Below, in pieces: positions 58,153-64,000 of a stretch of DNA of 64,000 nt (positions are counted from its first letter, which is position 1; each line of letters opens with the position of its first letter). Location: the IMG/VR virus record IMGVR_UViG_3300049033_000018, positions 19,638-83,637 of that record; one strand, 5' to 3'. Below the pieces are notes generated by a model. The model saw only the letters and a list, made by a program, of their open reading frames with translations, did not search any database and was not told the DNA's origin. The DNA is from a virus. The translations under genes were made by a program, and so were the position numbers.

Positions 58153-59855
58153 TAGACCAGTTTGTTAATGTTATTTCTTACATCTGTTAGTGTAACTTCG
58201 TTAGTTAATTTTCCATCAAGAAAAACGATTCCTAATTTATTATCACTATCTTTTAAAGATTTCCAATTAATTTGGTCAACTAATTCAAGTTGTCCACCAT
58301 TATCAACAACTTTCAATAAACCTTTAGCAGATTTTTTCATACCATCATCAGTAATTGGGTCTTTGAAAATTTCAAATCCTTCAGTTACTTCAGCATTGCC
58401 AGAAAATTGACCTGTCCAGTATGTTTTTTCAACATAAGTTGCTTTCATTGCAAACCCGAAAGTATCTCTCGTGTTATACTGATAAGTGTAAGAACCAACT
58501 CCAAACACAACATTAGTTGAAGCAAATCCTTTAGCTGCTAATCTCTTACATATTTGTTCAGCTCTTTCGTGAGTGATAGAATCTCCGTAGATAGCTCCAA
58601 TGTGAGCATCAAGAACTTTATATCCTTGTTCATTAATAGTTCCTCCAAAAACATCCCAAAGCAATTCAATTACTCCTTTATGAAGGGGTGCTGGTTCAAC
58701 AGAATTATCAGAAACTCTAACTACACTATCTCCAAAACAAACATCTACATATCCTTTTTCAGCTATTTCATCTACAAATTTCACTCTAACACTTTCAATA
58801 AATTCTACATTTGGTGCTGTGTATGAAATACCACAAAGAATATCTACAGGGTCCCCAGAGTCAGGACGAATAACAAGTTTACCATCTCTGGTAAGAATTT
58901 CATCCTTCAAGGTAGGTAACAAGTTTGTACACACATTCCATAAATCCCAGGTATCACTTACTACTGAAAGAATACCTTTAGGATACGTTTTCAAAAGTCT
59001 TCTAAATGTTCCAAGTTCATCTTCCTTGGAACCAGCACACATTACAGAGTGTTCAGTTGCAGGAACGGAACCAGCTAACATTTTAGGTTCATTATAGTAA
59101 TGAGCAGCACCCCAAATAGTAGGCATTGAATCAGTTCCATAGAATGAAGTCAAGTGACCTAATCCAGAAGCTACAGTAGCCTCTACAGCATCAAGACCTC
59201 TCATTGAGAAATCATGACCTTGCCAATTAACAAATTCAATAGCTTTAGGGTCTGTTTTCTTAGCCCATTTAGTAAGAATCTTTCTGTAAGACAAAGCAAT
59301 AGTTGCAGAAGTCATTGGTTTCCATAAAAACTGACTTAAAATAGTTTCTAAGAAATTTGGTAACCAGTAAAATTCAGGATTTGTATTATGAATAGTTAAC
59401 ATAGGAACTCTTATAGGACAAATAGTACCTTCTTCAAGAGCTCTTATTTCTAATGGAAGATACCCTAAATCCCACAATTTTTCAAAATGGGTAGTATCAT
59501 ATTCTGAACCAAAGAAAAGTGATAGAGCCTCCTTTATTGGCTCAATAGCCTGATGTTTCAATTGTTCTAATACTCCCTTGTTCATTGTGTCAACAAAACC
59601 GTTTCCAGAATCAGTTACAATCATATTTCTTTCTTTAGTAAAAAAGAAATTTGTATCAAATTCTTCAACTAATTTTTTGATTGCTAACTGAACCCCAAAT
59701 ACTACCACCCCTCCTAAATCTTTTGTAGCCTCAGGAGCATATTTATTAGCTCTTGGAGTAAAGTTAGAGAATACTAAACTTGTTCCTTCTGGGTATTGTT
59801 GATGGTGAGATAGTTTGTAAGCATCAGTTAATAAAATTGCATTTTGTTTGTTCAT
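58152..59855 (-). CDS. nadV: Nicotinamide phosphoribosyltransferase-like protein (NAMPT / Namat-like)
   Basis: LLTDAYKLSHHQQYP, HDFSMRG, SVPATEHSVMC, SVVSDTWD, IRPDSGDP, IYGDSIT and KKSAKG motifs. Confidence 0.93.
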   Translation of the reverse strand: MNKQNAILLTDAYKLSHHQQYPEGTSLVFSNFTPRANKYAPEATKDLGGVVVFGVQLAIKKLVEEFDTNFFFTKERNMIVTDSGNGFVDTMNKGVLEQLKHQAIEPIKEALSLFFGSEYDTTHFEKLWDLGYLPLEIRALEEGTICPIRVPMLTIHNTNPEFYWLPNFLETILSQFLWKPMTSATIALSYRKILTKWAKKTDPKAIEFVNWQGHDFSMRGLDAVEATVASGLGHLTSFYGTDSMPTIWGAAHYYNEPKMLAGSVPATEHSVMCAGSKEDELGTFRRLLKTYPKGILSVVSDTWDLWNVCTNLLPTLKDEILTRDGKLVIRPDSGDPVDILCGISYTAPNVEFIESVRVKFVDEIAEKGYVDVCFGDSVVRVSDNSVEPAPLHKGVIELLWDVFGGTINEQGYKVLDAHIGAIYGDSITHERAEQICKRLAAKGFASTNVVFGVGSYTYQYNTRDTFGFAMKATYVEKTYWTGQFSGNAEVTEGFEIFKDPITDDGMKKSAKGLLKVVDNGGQLELVDQINWKSLKDSDNKLGIVFLDGKLTNEVTLTDVRNNINKLV

Positions 59856-59870
59856 AATATTGATTTTTGA

Positions 59871-60260
59871 TTATTTTATATGTTCTTCTAAAACGATTAA
59901 TTGATTTGAAATTATTTCTCCTCCTACTCCTTTTATATATAATGACCCTTTAGGAATAATAGCTTTAAGCATTAATGTTCTAATAGAGTGCATGTATAGA
60001 AGAGCTTGTAGAGCATTTCGTTGGTTTCTATAAGAATGTAATCCTATTTCTAAATAAAGGTGTTTTCTAGTGAGATTCTCTAAAGGGGAGACCATGACTA
60101 TATTTAGTGTATAAGGGTATTCTTGAATTGGAGATTCCCAGCTACCATCTCTGTTTAATTTTAATAATTTATATACAGGAATGTCTTTCTTTGCTATCCT
60201 ATATTTGGGACCTAAGATAATATTTTTTAATACTGATAGTGGTCTAATAGTTAAACACAT
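59871..60260 (-). CDS. Hypothetical protein
   Basis: First ORF after promoter 60285; DIPVYK...GLHSY...IIPKGS pattern seen in Bacteroidota phage proteins. Confidence 0.6.
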   Translation of the reverse strand: MCLTIRPLSVLKNIILGPKYRIAKKDIPVYKLLKLNRDGSWESPIQEYPYTLNIVMVSPLENLTRKHLYLEIGLHSYRNQRNALQALLYMHSIRTLMLKAIIPKGSLYIKGVGGEIISNQLIVLEEHIK

Positions 60261-60282
60261 ACTTTATTGTTTTTAATTATAG

Positions 60283-60322
60283 TGCAAATATACAAAAAAA
60301 TCCTCACTTACGCAAGGATTTT
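60283..60322 (-). promoter_or_regulatory. Fused terminator and promoter
   Basis: Minus-strand AAAATCCTTGC-GTAA-GTGAGGATTTT (GNRA loop) plus T-tract; CTTG 60316-13, 20 nt, TATATTTG 60292-85. Confidence 0.8.
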
Positions 60323-60343
60323 CTGTTAAAATTTTGTTAAAAA

Positions 60344-61195
60344 TTAGTTTTTTATTTCTAATCTTTCAGCTTTCATCTTTTCAATTATTTCAAAACCTTT
60401 CTCAACATTATAGTTATGGTCCATACCTAATGATGTTAATTTTGGTTGAATATTATTTCCGAATGCTTCAATATTAGCAGTGTATTGAGAAACTGAACTT
60501 TCAATTTGTTTTAATGATTCCTTAAACATTTTCATTTCAGCAGAATTATCTCCTAAGAATCCAGAAGCTTTATCTGTTGCCCCATTAAGTTCTTTTAATA
60601 ATTCATATTCTGATGCTTTGTTATCAAGTTCATGTTTTAAGATTTCAGAATCAGCAATCCATAATTTATAAATCTCCTGTAACTGAGTTACTTGACCATT
60701 TACGAATTCTAATTTTGGTTTTAATACATCAATATTCTTTTGACTAGTGGCTATTTTAGAAGCTAGAATTTTAGTAAATACTTCTTCTTTATCTCTACCT
60801 TCAGCTTGTGATTCAAGTTTTTTAACCTCCTCAGTAAGTTCATCAACTCTTCTCTGAGTTTTAGTTCTTACAGCCATCACATCTCTGGTAGACTTTTCAA
60901 GACCTTGAATCTTTTCAACTAAATAGTCATAGTATCTGTACATATGCCAAAGTGGATTTGAAGAGATAATTTTTCTTGTCATATTCCAGCTAATTTGTTT
61001 AAACCAAGCCCAAATAACTTCATAGTTAAAGATAAGGAATAAAAGTGGAATACCTAAAATTGCAGCCATCCACAGGTTAGTCATAATGACAATAAGTGGT
61101 GGGAGTAAGAAATATAACAGGACCAAAACTCCTACTAATAATCCTCCTGCTAAAAACTTTTGACCTGGGGTCGTTAAATCTGGTAAATTCTTCAT
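60344..61195 (-). CDS. Two-TM membrane protein with long coiled coil (PspA/IM30-like candidate)
   Basis: Two N-terminal hydrophobic helices followed by ~200 aa of heptad-rich sequence. Confidence 0.55.
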   Translation of the reverse strand: MKNLPDLTTPGQKFLAGGLLVGVLVLLYFLLPPLIVIMTNLWMAAILGIPLLFLIFNYEVIWAWFKQISWNMTRKIISSNPLWHMYRYYDYLVEKIQGLEKSTRDVMAVRTKTQRRVDELTEEVKKLESQAEGRDKEEVFTKILASKIATSQKNIDVLKPKLEFVNGQVTQLQEIYKLWIADSEILKHELDNKASEYELLKELNGATDKASGFLGDNSAEMKMFKESLKQIESSVSQYTANIEAFGNNIQPKLTSLGMDHNYNVEKGFEIIEKMKAERLEIKN

Positions 61196-61199
61196 GTTG

Positions 61200-61289
61200 T
61201 TAAAATTTGTCTATGATTGAAAAGATGAATAAAATATAATTTTCTACACCAAGGTAGGGGATTCGTGGAATCCAATTTAAAAATTTCAT
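61200..61289 (-). CDS. Possible 29-aa hydrophobic micro-ORF
   Basis: MKFLNWIPRIPYLGVENYILFIFSIIDKF fills the gap between two co-transcribed genes. Confidence 0.35.
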   Translation of the reverse strand: MKFLNWIPRIPYLGVENYILFIFSIIDKF

Positions 61290-61299
61290 GTAAATGTTA

Positions 61300-62286
61300 T
61301 TAATTTATTGATAAAATATAACCCATTGTAAAGTTACAATCCCAGTCCCAAATAACGTTTCCTGGATTAGTTGCATCCTTGATTGCTTTGTAGATGTTAA
61401 GCCCTGATTTTACTTTAGCATTATCAGCAGTATAATCCTGAGGATTTTTTAGTAAAATAAATCTTGAACCACTACCTGTTTGTTTTGCTAGTTCAAATGG
61501 AACACCTCCAATGATAAACATATTTTTTCTAAGTTCTTGAGGAACTTTTGTAACTAATGTACTAATTTCAGAATATACATTTCCATCAGTTTTACCATTT
61601 TGAAAATATTTAGCCCCATAAGTCTCAACAGTTTTCAATTGTGTACCCTCATACCAAGAAATCTTAGTATTACCTGAACCCATGTCTACAGCGAATGAAT
61701 TTGCTCTATATTCTTTAGGAAGTAAGGCTTTTAATGCATACTTACCTTCTTGGTCAGCAGTTACCTCATTGACTTGGTAACCCATATCTTTAATAGCTTT
61801 AGCAATAAGTTTTGTTTTTTCATTTTTCAAAGCTCCTGAACTAATAATAAAATGTACATTTCTTCCTGAAACTCCTTTATTAAAAATAGAAGAAAGATAT
61901 TTCTTTAAACCAGACTGTACATCTTGTGTAGTAATGAATCCTTCATAAGCAAGAGACTCTCCAAACTCTTTAGATATTACCTTATAGTTATCTTGAACAT
62001 CTGCTTCAATAACGAAACTGTTAAATCCTGAGGCTCCAATTTCTACCACTCCATAAAGAGTTCCTCCAATTGGCTCACTAACTTGAACATTAGCATTTCT
62101 ATTATCTGAAGTTCCAGAACCAGAAACTATGGCAGTTGAAGTAGTAGGAACAGTTGGTGTTACTGAGTTAGCTACCGAATTTGTGATACTTTCAATCTTG
62201 TCTGGATTCTTAAAGGCATAATATTTATAACCTCCAATAATTACCAGTAAGATTACAATTACGAATGGGATTAAATACTTTTTCAT
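61300..62286 (-). CDS. Membrane-anchored ASKHA-fold (Ppx/GppA/NTPDase-like) phosphatase
   Basis: Signal anchor, Thr/Ser/Pro linker, VVEIGASGFNS (phosphate 1), QEG (catalytic Glu position) and AVDMGSGNTKIS (phosphate 2). Confidence 0.65.
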   Translation of the reverse strand: MKKYLIPFVIVILLVIIGGYKYYAFKNPDKIESITNSVANSVTPTVPTTSTAIVSGSGTSDNRNANVQVSEPIGGTLYGVVEIGASGFNSFVIEADVQDNYKVISKEFGESLAYEGFITTQDVQSGLKKYLSSIFNKGVSGRNVHFIISSGALKNEKTKLIAKAIKDMGYQVNEVTADQEGKYALKALLPKEYRANSFAVDMGSGNTKISWYEGTQLKTVETYGAKYFQNGKTDGNVYSEISTLVTKVPQELRKNMFIIGGVPFELAKQTGSGSRFILLKNPQDYTADNAKVKSGLNIYKAIKDATNPGNVIWDWDCNFTMGYILSIN

Positions 62287-62330
62287 TGTTTTGATTTTTG
62301 TTATTATTAATTATTTATTATTTATTAGAT

Positions 62331-62364
62331 TGCAAAGATAAGTAAAATTTTTGAGATATGCAAA
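62331..62364 (-). promoter_or_regulatory. Bacteroidota-type promoter
   Basis: Minus-strand TTTG 62364-61, 20 nt, TATCTTTG 62340-33. Confidence 0.8.
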
Positions 62365-62390
62365 TCTTTTATTGTTAAAATTTTGTTAAT

Positions 62391-62843
62391 TTATATTTTT
62401 CTGTTAAATTGGTCAAGTCCATATAACCATTGCCATTGGTTTCTTCCTTCACTTCCAATTTTTTGCATATCTTCATTGAATTTAGAAATTTCTTCGTTTG
62501 TCATTGTTGAACCACTATCTCTACTTGGTTTAGGAGCATATTTATTTTTAGTGGCTTGAACTTCTTTTTCTATTTCACTTGGAGGAACTTCTTGTACACG
62601 TTTATCCTTTAACCTATAACAATCTTTTGGATAAACAATTTTAGTACATGGGTCAAAATCTCCTATATAAACTTCAATTTCTAACCATTTATCCCCCCAA
62701 CCATCTCCTCTTCTCCTTGTGTTAATTACTTTACACTCAAGTATGTAGTAAGGGTTATAAAGATAAATTATATCTCCTCTTCCAGGTCCATAATTAGAAC
62801 CATAGGACTCTAAATCATCTAATTTTAAATCTTTTCTGTACAT
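62391..62843 (-). CDS. Hypothetical protein
   Basis: ORF in the operon; the N-terminal half looks SH3/KOW-like (weak). Confidence 0.55.
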   Translation of the reverse strand: MYRKDLKLDDLESYGSNYGPGRGDIIYLYNPYYILECKVINTRRRGDGWGDKWLEIEVYIGDFDPCTKIVYPKDCYRLKDKRVQEVPPSEIEKEVQATKNKYAPKPSRDSGSTMTNEEISKFNEDMQKIGSEGRNQWQWLYGLDQFNRKI

Positions 62844-62849
62844 TACTAA

Positions 62850-63020
62850 TTATTTTATAATTTCAATCCATCTGTCTCTATAATACTGATGGTTGTGTCT
62901 TTCTGCTGGATTAAGAAGCATATATTCTTTCATTGATTCTACATTTGTAAACAATCCAACTTCTCTTAATTTCTTTGTTCCCCCTGGACCTTGGTCTAGC
63001 CAAATTTCTAATATTAACAT
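62850..63020 (-). CDS. Hypothetical 56-aa protein (not in ORF track)
   Basis: Hand-translated MLILEIWLDQGPGGTKKLREVGLFTNVESMKEYMLLNPAERHNHQYYRDRWIEIIK; first ORF after promoter 63042. Confidence 0.65.
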   Translation of the reverse strand: MLILEIWLDQGPGGTKKLREVGLFTNVESMKEYMLLNPAERHNHQYYRDRWIEIIK

Positions 63021-63039
63021 AGTTTTTTAATTTTGATAC

Positions 63040-63085
63040 TGCAAATATAGTAAAAATAAATGACCCTCACAATGGTAAGGGTCAT
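63040..63085 (-). promoter_or_regulatory. Fused terminator and promoter
   Basis: Minus-strand TGACCCTTAC-CATT-GTGAGGGTCA plus TTTATTTTT; ATTG 63073-70, 20 nt, TATATTTG 63049-42. Confidence 0.75.
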
Positions 63086-63108
63086 ATTTAACATAACTTT
63101 AACATATA

Positions 63109-64000
63109 TTAAGCTTCACAAGCACTACAATCTGGTTTTTGTACAATGTTTGATAATAATTCTTTTGATACACTCTTACTTCTTTGGTAATAAAGTGTTT
63201 TAACTCCTTTCTTCCATGCATCTATATAAAGTCTGTTAACATCTTTAACCTCCATTTCTGGTGGAATATTAAGATTTAAACTTTGAGCTTGGTCAATAAA
63301 GGTTTGTCTTAAAGCAGCTTGTTCTACAATAGCAAATTGATTAACCTCTTGGAAGGTTTTGAATACCTCTTTTTCTTCTTGAGATAAACATTCTAATTGT
63401 TGAACCGAACCGTGATTCAGCATGATTTGTCTCCAAGTTTCTTCATTATCTAATCCTTTTTCTTCTAATAAAGCTGCTAAGTATTTATTCTTTCTCATAA
63501 AGTTTCCTTTTGCAAGCCCTGCTTTAAAATAATTTGAAGAGAAAGGCTCAATTCCAGGAGAAACTTGTCCTAGAATAGAACTTGAACTTGTAGTAGGAGC
63601 AATAGCCATCAAAGTTGTATTTCTTCTACCATAGCCTTTTAAAAGCTCAGGTTCCCCAAATATGTCAGCAAGTTCTTTTGAAGCTTGTAAAGATTGTTCC
63701 TGTAGTTGTTTGAAAATTACAGTTGTGTAAGCTCTTGCTGATAAAGAATCAAATGGAAGCATTTTACTTTGTAATAATGAATGCCACCCCATAACACCAA
63801 GACCTAAAGCTCTATGTCTTTTAGCAAATAAATGAGCTGATTCCATGAAAGGAAGACCATCTGTTTTTTCAATAAACTCAGACATAACAGCATCTAAAAT
63901 ATAAATTGCAATTTTAACTGCTTTTGTATCTTTCCATTCATCATAAAGTTCTAAATTCATAGAAGCTAAACAACAAACAAAGGATTCTTCTAGTGATGAT
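63109..64000 (-). CDS. nrdA: Ribonucleotide reductase class Ia alpha subunit (5' partial)
   Basis: ESFVCCLASMNL at the window edge, MAIAPTTSSS, SPGIEP, FIDQAQSLNL, KTLYYQRS and C-terminal CSACEA. Confidence 0.95.
   Translation of the reverse strand, partial: SSLEESFVCCLASMNLELYDEWKDTKAVKIAIYILDAVMSEFIEKTDGLPFMESAHLFAKRHRALGLGVMGWHSLLQSKMLPFDSLSARAYTTVIFKQLQEQSLQASKELADIFGEPELLKGYGRRNTTLMAIAPTTSSSSILGQVSPGIEPFSSNYFKAGLAKGNFMRKNKYLAALLEEKGLDNEETWRQIMLNHGSVQQLECLSQEEKEVFKTFQEVNQFAIVEQAALRQTFIDQAQSLNLNIPPEMEVKDVNRLYIDAWKKGVKTLYYQRSKSVSKELLSNIVQKPDCSACEA

Noticed and set aside
6204-59097. Short ORF-track entries overlapping or antisense to long genes (e.g. 6204, 11101, 12082, 12959, 16936, 19079, 20046, 21209, 21534, 22386, 25654, 27287, 28559, 29777, 31148, 35286, 36039, 37934, 38789, 45176, 45547, 47888, 48661, 51326, 51685, 55920, 58162, 58554, 58819)
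   Set aside because: These are shadow frames of well-supported genes, with no motifs or expression signals.
48780-63104. Repeated promoter motifs as a CRISPR array or replication iterons
   Set aside because: They are dispersed single copies at operon starts, matching the Bacteroidota promoter consensus, with no repeat-spacer periodicity.
1-64000. Stop-codon reassignment as in some crAss-like phages
   Set aside because: All large genes are intact in code 11, and TAA, TAG (37594, 43743, 56343) and TGA (8956, 52576) all serve as terminal stops.

Overview
AT-rich (~30% GC by eye) segment of a large lytic Bacteroidota (Flavobacteriales-type) phage with a crAss-like podovirus tail and cargo module. 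The + strand (1-43730) carries tail fibres and small Ig-like proteins, a lysis cassette (GH108 endolysin plus membrane proteins), a T5 A1-like metallophosphoesterase, crAss-like ring, IHF-like and muzzle proteins, a dual-domain virion peptidoglycan hydrolase and five large ejection (cargo) proteins. The - strand (43743-64000) carries replication and metabolic genes: SF2 helicase, RlpA-like protein, two HNH endonucleases, DnaB, GroEL, ThyA, dNMP kinase, a 2OG-Fe(II)-like protein, macro domain, NMNAT, Prs-like and NAMPT-like genes, a membrane coiled-coil protein with an exported ASKHA phosphatase, and partial NrdA. Twelve Bacteroidota housekeeping-type promoters (TTG-N19/20-TAnnTTTG, one with only the -7 box) and several intrinsic terminators define the operons. 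The most striking unexplained signal is that three consecutive giant cargo proteins (5029 aa in total) contain only four cysteines, all terminal and arranged head-to-tail, suggesting a disulfide-linked ejection chain. Other notable signals are a shared N-terminal strand on four small Ig-like proteins, a recurring xxGG motif in cargo proteins, an expanded NAD+ reconstitution island with a coupled 19-aa micropeptide, and TGTTAA direct repeats at - strand promoters. All family assignments come from motif recognition only; no database search was run.
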